DNA from: Leucoraja ocellata
Taxonomy: Eukaryota
DNA length: 64,000 nt
Direction of reading: 5' to 3'
Assembly: GCA_036785375.1 (NCBI GenBank)
Contig: JAWMAR010000063.1
Span: 7,440,001 to 7,504,000 of the forward strand
Below the pieces are notes generated by a model. The model saw nothing but the letters and a program-made list of their open reading frames with translations. It was not told the DNA's origin and made no database searches. Of this stretch, positions 13,651 to 27,224 are shown piece by piece. How positions within the stretch are numbered: the first letter of the stretch is position 1; each line of letters opens with the position of its first letter. A program made the position numbers and the translations under genes.

Positions 13651-14632
13651 ATAGAAACATAGAAACATAGAAATTAGGTGCAGGAGTAGGCCATTCGGCC
13701 CTTCGAGCCTGCACCGCCATTCAATATGATCATGGCTGATCATCCAACTCAGTATCCCGTACCTGCCTTCTCTCCATACCCTCTGATCCCCTTGGCCACA
13801 AGGGCCACATCTAACTCCCTCTTAAATATAGCCAATGAACTAGCCTCAACTACCCTCTGTGGCAGAGAGTTCCAGAGATTCACCACTCTCTGTGTGAAAA
13901 AAGTTCTCCTCATCTCGGTTTTAAAGGATTTCCCCCTTATCCTTAAGCTGTGACCCCTTGTCCTGGACTTCCCCAACATCGGGAACAATCTTCCTGCATC
14001 TAGCCTGTCCAATCCCTTAAGAATTTTGTAAGTTTCTATAAGATCCCCTCTCAATCTCCTAAATTCTAGAGAGTATAAACCAAGTCTATCCAGTCTTTCT
14101 TCATAAGACAGTCCTGACATCCCAGGAATCAGTCTGGTGAACCTTCTCTGCACTCCCTCTATGGCAATAATGTCCTTCCTCAGATTTGGAGACCAAAACT
14201 GCACGCAATACTCCAGGTGTGGTCTCACCAAGACCCTATACAACTGCAGTAGAACCTCCCTGCTCCTATACTCAAATCCTCTTGCTATGAAAGCCAACAT
14301 GCCATTCGCTTTCTTTACTGCCTGCTGCACCTGCATGCCTACCTTCAATGACTGGTGTACCATGACACCCAGGTCTCGCTGCATCTCCCCCTTTCCCAAT
14401 CGGCCACCATTTAGGTAATAGTCTGCTTTCCCGTTTTTGCCACCAAAATGGATAACCTCACATTTATCCACATTAAACTGCATCTGCCAAACATTTGCCC
14501 ACTCACCCAGCCTATCCAAGTCACCTTGCAGTCTCCTAGCATCCTCCTCACACCTAACACTGCCCCCCAGCTTAGTGTTATCCGCAAACTTGGAGATATT
14601 GCCTTCAATTCCCTCATCCAGATCATTAATAT
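13651..14632 (-). mobile_element. Young 5'-truncated CR1 (HER1-type) LINE
   Basis: Uninterrupted ORF2 C-terminus ([49 protein letters not shown]), 3'UTR, and a (TTTCTATG)n tail at 13651-13672. The RT motif reads FADN. TTATA occurs on both sides. Confidence 0.95.
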
Positions 14633-15075
14633 TATAAACACTCTAGAGATGGTGTGAGAAAGATTTGGTGGAATGGTTCCGGTGAGGAATATTTTCAGCC
14701 ATGGATTTCAACTGAGAATTCACTAGTTGTTTTCCTTCGGGCAAAATCATTGAATCTGTAGAAGGAGAGACCGTTAATGTTTCAGGAGAGCGACCTTCTC
14801 CAGAACAAGACCTTCGACGATTTAGTTGGGAAAGACTGAGGGACAATCTTTCCATGAGCTGAAAGAAAAATGACCAGCAAGCACCAATAATCAATTGGGC
14901 AATTCACACAATGGGGACATGAGGAAACACTTATCCTGCAGGGAATGGTGATGACATGGAAGCAATGAGGGAGGAAAAATAACTCGGAGCTTTGAAAAGG
15001 AAATGTGTGCTACAACGAATTGTTGCAAACTTCATGGGTGAATGGCATGTTGTGTGGTGCAAGGATTCTATGAAA
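14633..15075 (+). mobile_element. Old degraded CR1, right half
   Basis: Continues as INTLEMV*ERFGGMVP, resembling CR1 IIALEGVQRRFTRMIP. A later GAGGAAACAC...GGAATGGTG segment resembles the CR1 3' coding region. Confidence 0.55.
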
Positions 15076-15559
15076 ATGTGAAACAACATAAAACAATTAT
15101 TTCAACCTTAAATTGTCATAAATTTACCTCCATGCATTGAGTTTAGGATTCATAATAACCAACATGTGTTTGCTTTTGTTTGGACACTGTCGCTGTTTGC
15201 TCTCTATCCATTCCCTTTCTGTTGTTTTGTTACAAGCCAGTATCATATTTCCTCCTACATTTATTTTTAAAAGAGTTGCAGTGAGGGTTAGCAATGTCCT
15301 TGAACATCAACTCTAAGCACCTGGTACTCTAATGGAATCTAAACTCAGCTTTTACTCATGAGCATCTCCCTGTACTCAGTCAACGTCCTTTGTTCCACCT
15401 TCTACAACATCCATTCATTGATCATGTTGAATATATTTATTTTGCATCTATTTTCATTGTCCATTAATTCACTTGAAATTCTATTTATCCCTGACAAGCT
15501 CAGGTAAATTATTTATCAGAACGTACTTGAATAACAACAGCATCCTGTGCAATGCGTGT

Positions 15560-16100
15560 TCCCTATGCAGAAATGTCTTTCTATTAAGTTTGGATATGAC
15601 GCTTTGGCAGAAGGTCCCGATGAGCTGCGGCTGTACCCTGACAGCAGACTTGGAACCGGGAGAGGGAAGCCACTGAGCCTGGCCCCTATTCGTTCCCCCG
15701 AATACTGGGAACCAGAGGGGAGGTGGAGGAAGTTGGCGAAGGCGGTGGACGCTGGGCAAGGCAAGATGAACAGGAGGGATTTACCTTCCGTGCCATCAAG
15801 ACCAGCTGTTGGGGGCTCCGCTGTGGCACAAACATTGAAGGTGGTCTAGGAAAGAAAGGGACGACAATTCGCTGGTGACCCGGATGGAGATGACGGCTGC
15901 AACAGGCCTTTGAGGCCACTGCAGTTGGGACTGTGAAATGGCACCAAAACCTGGCCACTCTTGCATATAGACTCAGTGGGCTGTTTCTGTACTTAACCAG
16001 GGATTGTACTTGTGTATGGCAATAATCTTACTGATCCATATGCAGAAAGAGAATCTCACTGTACCTTGGTACACGTGATGATAAAGGAACTATTGAACCA
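15560..16100 (+). repeat. Unclassified interspersed repeat (GC-rich body, LINE-like tail)
   Basis: Ends in CACTGTACCTTGGTACACGTGA..ATAAA. The same tail occurs at 48335-48385, 51985-52037 and 28285-28320. Confidence 0.5.
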
Positions 16101-18001
16101 CTGAACCTTTCCTCCAAGTCACTTCTGAACACTGAGAATAATCACGATTAAGCTACTGACTTAATTAAGTGGGAATCTCCTGTTCAAATACCTATTTCCA
16201 ATTATCTAGATATGCTTTTAATCCATTTTTAAGTGTTTTCCTAACTTCATGATCTTGCACCCATTGCCACTCTTTTGAGGTAATATATCAATATCTTTTG
16301 AAGCTCCACTTAGTTACAAGCTGTAATGCATTCATAAGTTGCAAAGCTGTGATGTTCAGTTCACAACTGTGTGCCGACATTCATTAATCTTCTTCAGTGT
16401 TGATGTTTGACCGTGAATTGTATTTCTCATTAAATGACGTTAATTCAGTTGTTCTTAGTAGGATCTTGCTGCAGATAGATTTCACACTGTAATTGTGTGC
16501 GGAAGTCATCCTACTTCAGATTAATTCACCATACGCAAAAACATCTGGGAAGGAAGTTTCTGAAGGATACGACAAAATGTATTATAAATGCAAGTCTTTT
16601 GTTCAAAACTTTAGTATGTAATACTCCCAGGAAGTATTCTCACATCTGCTGATGCCCAGTGTTTAGTTTTAATTCCTTTGCTCCTATCTCTGAACTCCAA
16701 AGCACATGAGCCACTGTAAGGCATCAGATGTCCATCCATTTTCTGAGATGCTGGACATTTCTGTCAAAAGCTTATTTAATTATCTTTCTGACATTAAGTA
16801 TATTTTATGAGATTACAAATGGATCTTGAAAACCATAGGGATCCAGTGCTCAGAGAGTTAACACACACTATCATTACCTTTGCTTGAGTTAGAGTAATGT
16901 ATTTTCACTCTGATACATGAAGCAGTACAGACACTTTTATCATTAGACACAGTACAGACACTCTGTCATTTGTGCTTATCAGTACTCTGAGAACAGAGAC
17001 AGAATGTTTTTACAGAAAGTCACAGACTTGATCTGTTTTCCAAACATGATAATGACAAGCAAATTAACCAACTTGTGACGCTGTCGAGTTTAACCGTATG
17101 TCATAATATGTCACAGTGGATTGGAAAGTATTCCACATGTGTGGTCACTTTTATTGTTAACTGACAGGCAAGTGGAAGATATTTTGTTGTTGACTCTATT
17201 TAAAACAATGACATCCATGTAGACAAAGCAATAGTGTGAACAATTTATATTATGAATAGTATTGTGTAATATAATATATTAAAGTCAGATATTGGGAACA
17301 TATCATAATATCCAGTTGTAAACATCACTGTTAATTCAAAATTACACCAAAGATACTCAAGATATGAAGAAGGGTCTCAACATGAAACGTCACCTATTCC
17401 CTTTCTCCAGAGATGCTGCCTGACCTGCTGAGTTTCTCCCGCTTTTTGTGTCTGTACTCAAGACCAGTGTGTTTTGAGGATAATAGCTGAATCATTTTAT
17501 TTTCATAGCTTAACTTTAAGGAGGTTATTCTGATATGGGTTTCATCAGATTGGCCATACAGTATTAAATTTACTCAGCTTTATGCCCTGCTTCCCTTTCT
17601 CCAGATCTGGTCATATTCTTGTGGCAAATAATAGCTCCAAACCTGGTAGAGAACTTTAGATATATTTCATCATTTGCCACGGTCGAGAATAGCGTTCATG
17701 AGAATAACAAAAACATAGATAACATTTTGCAAAATTGAAACATTACATTTTAGTGGCTATTTCTTTGCCATAAAACACTACACAAAGCAGCAACTGTGCT
17801 AACGTTATCGTGTGAAATGTTGTGCTCGTGCTAATAATGCGTTTAATCTTCTGGCATTGGATTTCATTACTGCCATTTTTTAATGTTGAATCGCACAACA
17901 TAACGAAGATACTCAGCCTAACTGACCAATGACTGTCCAAACATAAAATACTGCAGATGCTGGAAATCTAAAACAAAAACAGAAAACACGGGAAAATTAA
18001 T

Positions 18002-18312
18002 GGCAGCACTGTGGTGCAGCAGTAATGCCCGTGGGAATAGCGGTGCAGTGCCAGAGACCTGGGTTCGATCCTGACTATGGATGCTGCCTGTGCGGACTTT
18101 GTACGTTCTTCGTGTGACTGTGTGGGTTTTCTCCGGGTGCTCTGGTTCGCTCCCACATTCCAAAAATGTACAAGTTTGTAGGTTAGTTGGCTGAGGTAAA
18201 AATTGTAAAATTGGCCCTAGTATGTAGGATAGTGCTAGTGTACTGGGACCGCTGGTCGGCACGGACTCAATGGGCTGAAGGGCCTGCTTCTGCGCTCTAC
18301 CTCTCACCTAAA
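18002..18312 (+). mobile_element. HE1-type V-SINE (near full length)
   Basis: GGCAGCAC.GTGGTGCAGC head, B-box GGTTCGATCC at about 18062, V-domain, CR1-type tail. Confidence 0.85.
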
Positions 18313-18744
18313 GTATACTGAAAATATGCAAGGGTCAGGCAGCATGAATGGATAGAGAAGCAAAGACAACATTTCAGGTCAATGGGATTTCAACAGGACT
18401 AGGAAAAAATAAATATAACTTGTTCCAAAATGTTAAACTTGGTTTATTTATAACTTTTCCTGGTTTTAATAAAATCCTGAAGCGTTCTCTCTTACCGGTG
18501 TTGAATGACTGCTGCATATTTCCAAAGTTTCGTTTTAATTAGGACTTACAATTGTGTTTATGTTTACTTTAGTTTAGCATGGAAACAGGCCCTTCGGCCC
18601 ACTGAGTCGTCGCCAATCATCAATCACTCGTTCATATTAGTTCTATGTTTATCCCGCTTTCTCATCCACTCCACATTATGGGCAATTTCACAGAGGCCAA
18701 TTAACCTCCGAACTTTGGGATGTGGAAGGAAGCCGGAGTTCATA

Positions 18745-18995
18745 AGACATAGAACTATGCCATTTGGCCCATCAAGTCTACTCCGCCATTCAATCGTGGC
18801 TGATCTATCTTTCCCTCTCAACCCCACTCTCGTGCCTTATCCCCATAACCCCTTACACCCGTACGACTCAAGAATCTATCAATCCCTACCTTAAAAATAT
18901 CCATTGACTTGGCCTCCACAGCCAACAGTGGCCATGAATTCTACAGATTCACCACCCTCTGATTAAAGAAATTCCTCTGCATCTCCTTTCTAAAT
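18745..18995 (-). mobile_element. CR1 3' fragment
   Basis: MQRNFFNQRVVNL plus a 3'UTR matching the other CR1 copies. Confidence 0.75.
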
Positions 18996-19049
18996 GTATA
19001 AGAAAGACACCTTTTAAAGGTGCAAGATAGAACAACTATCACATTTTTT

Positions 19050-19560
19050 TTCATCTGATGCCTATTGCTTTCCCAGTTTTGCCTGGGCACCATGATGCCA
19101 CTCTCGGTCCAACGCTGCTTTGATATCAAAGACAATCAATCTCACCTCACCTTAGGATTCAACTCTTTGGGACATATTTGCTCTGAAGTCTAGTGGTATT
19201 AGGAAAAATCTAAACCAGATATTGATGGGTAGGTTATTGGTGAGTAAGTTCCACTTGATAACAGCGTTGATGTCAATTTTCACAATTTTGTTCATAACGG
19301 AGGCTAGAATGATTAAAAGGTAAATAACCATATTTGATTTTTCTTGTCTTTTTGTGAATGGGACATATCTGGACAATTCCCTGTGTTGTTGGGTAGATGC
19401 CAGGGTTGGAATTGTACTGATATCATTTGACCAGAACTGCAGTCGTTCTGGAATGTAAGTCTTTGTACTAGAGTTGGGAAATTGTCTAGTCCAGTAGCCT
19501 GTCCAGTATCTCATGTTGTCAGCCATTTCTTGATATCATAAGAAGTGAATCAAATTGGTT
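19050..19560 (-). mobile_element. Old LINE reverse-transcriptase fragment (different, older family)
   Basis: Decayed KRQEKSN..Y..I.L.S...K and GEVRLIVFDIKAALDREWH, resembling RT motifs K.DKSNP.NYRPISL and LDIKAAFDRVWH. Confidence 0.65.
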
Positions 19561-19719
19561 ACTGATGCAACTTTGTGACAGCATATAGCAGAAGTTACTA
19601 AACACAACTCAAGTCTAAGTAAAGCAGTTACATAAATATAAAAGTTGGAGTAGAGAAAGAAAAATGCAGTAGAACCACCAGATATTTATTTAATCTGCCA
19701 TTTGAAATAGATAGTATTT

Positions 19720-20030
19720 TATCCTGGGTGGGGGAATCAAGAGCCAGAGAACAAAGGTTTATGATGACAGGGGCAAGATTTGATAGAAACCTGAGCTACA
19801 ACTATTTCACTCAGAGAATTGTATGTATATGCAACACGCTGCCAGATGAGGTTGTTGAGGCAGGTACAATAATATAAATTAAAAGACACTTGGACCGGTA
19901 CATGGATAGGAAAGGTTTACGGGTATATTGTCCAAAAATGGACAAATGCGACTCACTTATATGCGGCATCTTGGTTGGCATGGATGAGTTGGGCTGAAGG
20001 GTCTGTTGCTGTGCCGTGTGACTCTATCAC
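19720..20030 (+). mobile_element. CR1 3' fragment
   Basis: Similar to 8920-9262 in the opposite orientation (GTTGAGGCAGGTAC...ATGGATAGGAAAGG). Confidence 0.7.
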
Positions 20031-21529
20031 TACCCAGTCTATATTTTAAGGGAACATTGATTCTGATTAAACTTATTTCCCGAGACTCATGGGGTAGGGG
20101 CTGGGAGTATAAATTCTTCCAGTTGCATGCACTTATTCTTGGTTTAGCAACTTATGTGCTTTACACCTTCGGCTTTATTGACTTCAATGGAACCGAATCT
20201 TGAAAACAGGGCAACGTACATCCAATGTTATGTTGCACATTCTATATATCTAATTGGATACATTGAATTTGGCTGGAATAGAGGGATCTAATTGTCACTT
20301 TGATTCTGATGATATTGTGTGCACTGGCGACGTTGAGTCCAAGTAAATGACAATGAGATTTGATAGAAATAGGTAACATATATAGAGGCTGTTCAATAAT
20401 TGAAATTATTGATTCATTAAATGGCTGTGCATTATAATGAGGAACTGACCAAATCTCCACCCAGGAAGCCTTTTGTTTAATAGATTAACCGTAACCTAGA
20501 TGGATCAATGAATGCCATCAAAATTGCAAGACCAAATAAGACAATTAAATATTTGGATCAGTTATACATTTGAAAACACATGCATTAAATGAAAGTTAAC
20601 TATGCAAAATTATTTGAGAAATACAAGAGACTCAAAGATTCAAATAATCACAAAGAGATCTGGGCTGCTTTATTTCAAGCTCCATGTCTCTCAATGTTTA
20701 TATTATTTAATCCAACCTTCTTATTCTGGAAATTGACTTCTATGCCAATTATCTTGGCGTAGAAGTCAAATGGAGGATTGAAGGGGAAAAAAACCATGGG
20801 CTGTAGTTCAGATAAAGCATTGGCAATCTAAGAATAGCATTGAAAAGGATACTTGTTTTTTTTCAGAGCACTGGTTATGATCTTGTCTTTGGTTCCCATC
20901 TTCCTCTTTCTCCACAACAATCCCTGATGCTCTGAGAATGATTGATTCGCCTGCAGGGATTGTCTCCCACTCGTGTCAATGTTGCTTCAAGTTCCACAAC
21001 TACTTGCAGGTGGGTACGGTGTTATGATCAGCAAAAAGATGCAAACAGCGTGAATGCATCAGGCTGTACTGTACCTTTTCTTGACTTTAATAAATCTTCA
21101 TTTTGCTTTTTTATTCTGTGCATTACAAATTTATGATTTATCCTTGTATCTATTGAAATTCTAAAATCCTTTGGTATACAAATGAGTGCCAGAGTTTCCC
21201 ATCTGTTCACAAATGATATTGAAGTGCATAGTAAGATGTCCACCATCAACTAGTCTCTAGTTGGATTTTGTTACTTTGCTATCAAACATGCACAGGTCCA
21301 AACTTACAGCAGCCGTTCTACAAAACTGGCACAGGATGTTACTTTCTAACACTGCAATCTAATATATGTGTATTTCCGAGAGGAATAGAAAGCTTTAGAA
21401 AGCAAGCACAGGCAACATGGTAAGAAAATGAGATGGACATCATCGTGCGTTTACCCTGATAACTCTTGCCTATAATAAAATAATTTATTTGACGTGCCTA
21501 AAAATCAAAATTAAACCTTTGGATCATCA

Positions 21530-21782
21530 TAGGTTCATAAGTGATATGAGCAGGATTAGGCCATTTGGCCCATCGGGTCTATTCTGCCATTCAATCATGG
21601 CTGATCAATCTTTCCCCCTCAACCCCATTCTCCTGCCTTCTCCCCATCACCCCTGACACCCGTATTAATCAAGAATCTATCAATCTGTGCCTTAAATATA
21701 TCAATTGATATTCTGTGGCAATGAATTCCACAGATTCGCCACCCTCTGTCTAAAGAAATTCCTCCTCGTCGCTTTCCTAAAC
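21530..21782 (-). mobile_element. CR1 3' fragment
   Basis: 3'UTR GCCATTCAATCATGGCTGATC shared with the other CR1 copies. Confidence 0.75.
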
Positions 21783-24700
21783 TGCTTTAAACTTTACCAA
21801 ATCTAATGGGCAGGTAATCTAACTATAGAAAGAAGAATGCCGAAGAAAAGTTGATTTAAATTTTCACTAAGCAATAAATAAGGAGCACTGGAATCATTTG
21901 GCTTCTAAACTGCGAGAAGGGTGGTGCCAGAAAAAATACATCAGCTTTGGAGTCAGGGACGAAATCTACAAGGCAGGATTTTGCCATCCAAGTTTAAGAC
22001 GCCAGCACTGACAGGAGGTCCTGTCATTATCATCTGTTTGTGTAGTTCCAGATAACACCAGCGCCATGCAATAGAATGGTTGAAGTAATACAGAGAGAGA
22101 TCATCATGAATGGACAATTTCTGGCTCAGTTGTTATTGCGTGTATCAGCTAGATATTAGGATGAGGTTTGAGATTTATTTAAGATAGATTTCATGTAAAG
22201 CAACAAACATTGATTGTAGTAAAAATAAAATTCTATAAAGAAAAATGTAACCGTTGTTCCCAAGGCATTACTGGTCAGTAATACTCAGAGAATAATGAAA
22301 TTGATTATATATACTTAAACTAATTGTCAAAAAAAGGAAGGAAAGTAATTCATTTTTAATCTAAATGTAGTAAATATGCAAATGATTTGTTGGTAAGAAC
22401 ACATTTGCAATTCAAACGTTGGAAATGTACCCTATAAGTAACAATAAATTAAACAGTATGTTAGGGCTTTACAATACCAGTGGCTACTTTGACAAAATGT
22501 GGCCTCTTTGCTGGTGCACTTTGAGGTTTATTGTTGCTGTTGGCTTCTATAATGAATATTGTGCTATTAGCTCCTGTAAAGTCTATTACCCAATGTTTAA
22601 TAAATATCTTCTTGATAATACGCATGCCATTTTGCCGAGGACACTTAATACACAATTTGCTCATAGTACAAATGTGTTATAAGAACAAAATGTGTAACTG
22701 ATGTATATCATATACTTGTAATTGTTTAATGAACTAAATTTGCATAGTTGAACGTGCTTGTTACTTTCAGACTGCAATCGAGATGCTAACCTCTGATTCA
22801 TTTGTACTGATAACAAAATCAGACATTGTTCTACTTTTATTAATGTCTTGTAGTGATTACGTAGGTAAACCGACCACAATCTGATGAAAAGCTGGCCAAG
22901 AACAGGGATGGATAACAGTTTATACAATCCTTTTGCAGAGGTACAGAAACCACAACACAGTTCCTAAAGTCAACACTGTAAATATTCAGTGGCTTAATAC
23001 ACTATTGCAACAGCCCTTTACAGGACTCTTTTACTGGTACCACCGTAACCTAATCTCTGACAAGGGAAATCCTGTGTTCTGTTCCTGCTGCATCAATATC
23101 TTCACTGTCTTGATATTATTGTATCGGCACTCCTACGGCTGCAATCACCAGCACAAATATAGCAACTGAAGTTGTGAGAACCACTAGTGACTCCATTTAC
23201 ACAGAACAAAGTCTGGCAATGACATTCCATGAGTGATCACAGTGTCCATTATATCCCCCTAAATTGGAAGCCCCTGAAACCTTATGAACAGAGGATGCAA
23301 AGTCCAAATGTATTCATCAGTGGCGGATCATAACTATCGACTGAAGACAGTAGAGCCAGTATCTTCTCACCATCGTTTGTAGTTTGTTTGGTTGTTTGTT
23401 TGTTTGTCTTTTTGCATAAGTCAGCGAGCTTTGCAACTTTTCATTTCACTGCACATCTCGTATGTGTATGTGACGAATAAACTTGACTTGATCAGCAAAC
23501 TATTGTGTTTGTGAAGATACAACTTTTGTACATTAACTGCTGGTTGGTGGGTTCAATTAACTTTGTTTAAATATGCTTAATTCATTAGATGAGCATAATG
23601 ATATAAATGTATAAATCTAATTTGTTTTGCATGATTCATCATTGTTTTTTCTCAACTTAGCATTTTTGTCCTAAACACGTCTGAATCTTCTGTTTGAAGA
23701 GAACGCAACACAGAAGAACACAAGAAAACACGATCAGCTGTAGCCATCAATATCCTTAAGCCTCCCCTGCCATTAAATGTGATCATGGCTGATCTATGTT
23801 GGGCTCAACTCCTCTTCTGCGCCATTACATCATACCCCTCTTTTCCTTGATCTATTGAATGTTTTACACAATTTTCAATATGTGCAATAATTCAGCTTCC
23901 ACCACTTGTTGGGGTAGGCAATTCTGCAAAAGGACAATTATTCCTAGATAGTTTTCCCTATTAGGTCCCACAATAGCTGACTGTGGCTAAACCAAAGGCA
24001 TTTAACTCTCACCAAGTGGGTGCCCATCATCCATGTGCCTGAAGAAGGGTTTCGACCTGAAATGTCACCCATTTCCTCTCTGCAGAGATGCTGCCTGTCC
24101 CGCTGAGTTACTCCAGCTTTTTGTGTCTATCTTCAGTTTAAACCAACATCTGCAGTTCCTTCCTATTCATGGAAGCAACCAGCATCAGTAGGTGAATCTG
24201 GTGTGGGTTCCCCACCAGAGCCTCTCCAGTGATAGGTAGCCACACTTACAGGTCATTTCCCAATGGAGGTCAGTTGATTTTTCTGTATCCAGAAACATTG
24301 TGATCACCTCAGGTTCTATTTTGAACATAAAATGCAAAGAGTTCGGGAAGGAATGGTGTTAGAATTGACGTCTGTAAGGGACGTTGATGTGGGGATGACT
24401 GCACTTTTCTTCAGGAATTCGGGCCCATGGCAGAATATTGCACATATCAAACTCAAAATCCTTTGTCTTTGCCTGGTGATATTTTACCGTAAGCATTGCC
24501 ATTGTCCTTTTTATCCTTCAGGTGATCTTTAGCATTGGACTACATTATGATCAAAAATAACTTTTATTCAGTATCGTTCAATAGCCAGAATTTGCTGCCA
24601 GTGACAAATGACAGCACTGGCCTGACCATTCCACTTGCCCCAGGCTTTCTGTAGGCTTTTGCTCTGTGATTTGTAGCATTGATTCAGAATAGTGGATGGC

Positions 24701-24982
24701 CACAACAGGAAGAAATATTTGGTGATTTGCACAGATGGATTTTAGGGTAGGGGATCTGCTTGTTGAATCCATGTGCTTCCAAACCACACACTTTTCATTT
24801 TATTCTCTGACATAATCCCACCCCATGCATTTTTTTACAATTACGGCAGATCCCCTTAATTAGGAAAAATGGAAATAAGGTATGTGAACGTGAAATAAGA
24901 TGTTTAATAGAAAAGATGAGTGGAAGAGCAAATACACCCGTTGTTGTTCCAGGTATGAAACACCACAATGATAGAAGTACAT

Positions 24983-25168
24983 GGTACACAAAAATGCTGG
25001 AGAAACTCAGCGGGTGCAGCAGCATCTATGGAGCGAAGGAAATAGGCAACGTTTCGGCCCGAAACGTTGCCTATTTCCTTCGCTTCATAGATGCTGCTAC
25101 ACCCGCTGAGTTTCTCCAGCATTTTTGTGTACCTTCGATTTTCCAGCATCTGCAGTTCCTTCTTAAAC
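24983..25168 (+). mobile_element. Fold-back Penelope-derived element with 15-bp TSD
   Basis: ATGAT(A/C)GAAGTACAT at 24968-24982 and 25169-25183. 24983-25133 is a near-perfect palindrome. The 3' end TTCTTAAAC matches 43608-43739. Confidence 0.85.
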
Positions 25169-26720
25169 ATGATCGAAGTACATCGTTGGTGCCAGAGATA
25201 TTGCTTGTTGTGTAATTAAAACTACACAGCATTAAAAATTGACATCCTTGAATAGACAAGTTCAGGCTAGTTCACACCTTTAACTATCTGTGAATGCTAG
25301 GCCTCTCGGTGAGATGCTATGAACTATAGTTCTGGAGAAGCAGAATAAATTGCACAATGGCTTCCTGATTTCTACATGTAACTGCAAAGGCATATGTGTT
25401 GAGCATCGCTGCGTTCTTGACTTTATGTTATCATAAATTCTAGGCTTTAGAAGCAAACCATTTAGCCACATGTAAAGGTCAATGTCAATTTGTTCATTGC
25501 ATGATTCACAAAGTGTAAATACCGATGCAACATTTGCTTTTTTAAAGGAATCCGAAGTTTAATTTGGAGAAAAGTCAAACTCATTCTTCCAGGAGACACA
25601 TTAAAATAATAGAATTCCCAAGAGTCCATTCCTCCAGACCCTTCTGTCTCCCCCTGTCTTCTATGGAATGATAGGTGCAAGAATGAAAGCAACATATTGG
25701 CTTCCTGAGAAATGGGATGCATCTGACATCGTATGGTTCCATATAAATCAGGTGCTGTGTGCGATTCTCTATATAAGAGTGTGTTATATATTCACATACA
25801 GTGGGTAATTTATGAATATAGTAAAGTAGTCCATTGAGATCTTGGAGCACGTTTCTTCATCATGACCATGTATCTGCAAAATGACCTTCATTCTATCCAT
25901 CAATAATAAAGACATTGTTCAATCTGTAAGACGATACTATTGTAAATATACCATTGGTGTACACTTGCTGTAGTGCCTCTGATGATGCTTCTTGTCATCC
26001 AGATTCCAAGAAAGAGTCCTTTATTGTGCATACTGTTGATTCCATGGATATATTTGGTCATCTTGCCTTAAATTAGTTAGCAGAAAAAAGGAACTGCAGA
26101 TGCTGGTTTATTTTTTTAAAAAGCACAAAAGTGCTGGAGTAACTCAGTGGGTCAGGCAGCATCTCTGGCAAACATAGATAGGTGATGTTTTGGATTAGGA
26201 CCCTTATTCAGCTCATGAACAGACTGACAATTCAGTCTTTAAAAGAGTCCTGACCCGAAATGTCATCCATCTATGTTCTCTAGAGATACTGCTTGACCTG
26301 TTGAGTTACTCCAGCATGTTATGCCTTACCTTATTTAGCACGTTACTGTTGCTCTTCTCAAATTATATTATTCCTTCTCACAAAACCATAAATTTGCTAC
26401 TGTGTGCACAGTACCCCTTATAAATGAAAAAGACGAATGCCTCCAATTGACTACAAAAGAATGAAGTGTTCTTGCTGAAAATATTTCTTCTTATAAAAAC
26501 CTTCACCATACTCTGAGCCCGACCTGAGTTCATGTGCATTCATACAAACAAGCAAACAATCCTGAAAGCCCAGACACAAAGGTATCATTAACTTTTCTTC
26601 CTGTGGTAAATACACAGATTGTTATGGGTATTAGTCCAAAGAGGTTGCAACTTAACCAACTTCAATTAAATCAACCAACACATTGCAGGCGTGACACCCA
26701 TAGCCAAGAGACAATCAGAA

Positions 26721-26741
26721 TTTATTAAGTTGTATTTTATT
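26721..26741 (-). terminator. Candidate polyadenylation signals of the GATA gene (two AATAAA)
   Basis: Plus-strand TTTATT at 26721-26726 and 26736-26741, about 490 nt past the stop. A GT-rich tract follows on the minus strand near 26660-26685. Confidence 0.5.
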
Positions 26742-27224
26742 ATTAGCTTGAACCATCCATAATAGAACAAGAACTACTTACACTACGAAAAAAAAAATTC
26801 CTCGATGAAATGCAAATGTATTTTTACCAGAGGCAAAGTCTGTTCAAACTATTCCACATGTGCAACGGTCCAGGGAGCACACTCCAAATATATCCATTTC
26901 AAGTGGAAAGTTAGAGACATACAGCAAATGGTGGTCCAAAATAAGGCACTTAATTACAAACAATGTTGGATCAGAATGCACCAAGGTCACCTACAGAGAA
27001 TTTAGGTGGTGTTAAACCTTGGCAATAAGACATCATTTCTGCAACACTCACTCTTTTTTAAATTATAAGATGATATGACCCAGCATTCCATTTGATTTCT
27101 CTTCTTGGCATTCTTGTATCCTCTTCGTCATTTCCAGTTTTCATTCAGATAAAATGTATCTCCGTTGCAAACTCCATTAATGAAACTAGCATTCGTGTAG
27201 ATTGTGGTGGCAGTCTGTTTGGCG

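Noticed and set aside
14643-14861. Apparent minus-strand terminal exon (ttttctttcag|LMERLSLSLSQ...)
   Set aside because: It is the antisense of the decayed plus-strand CR1 that hosts the young CR1 insertion, and no partner exons were found.
15481-15958. Overlapping GC-rich ORFs
   Set aside because: They lie inside an interspersed repeat whose tail recurs four times in the window; no protein similarity recognised.
18002-18075. tRNA-like A/B boxes
   Set aside because: These are SINE heads continuing into the V-domain and CR1 tail, not tRNA genes.
21308-21358. Possible 51-nt exon IAVLESNILCQFCRTAA with GTAAGT donor, faintly like the RBBP8/RBBP8NL CxxC region
   Set aside because: No polypyrimidine tract at the acceptor, poor similarity, and no other RBBP8-like exons were found downstream of the GATA gene.
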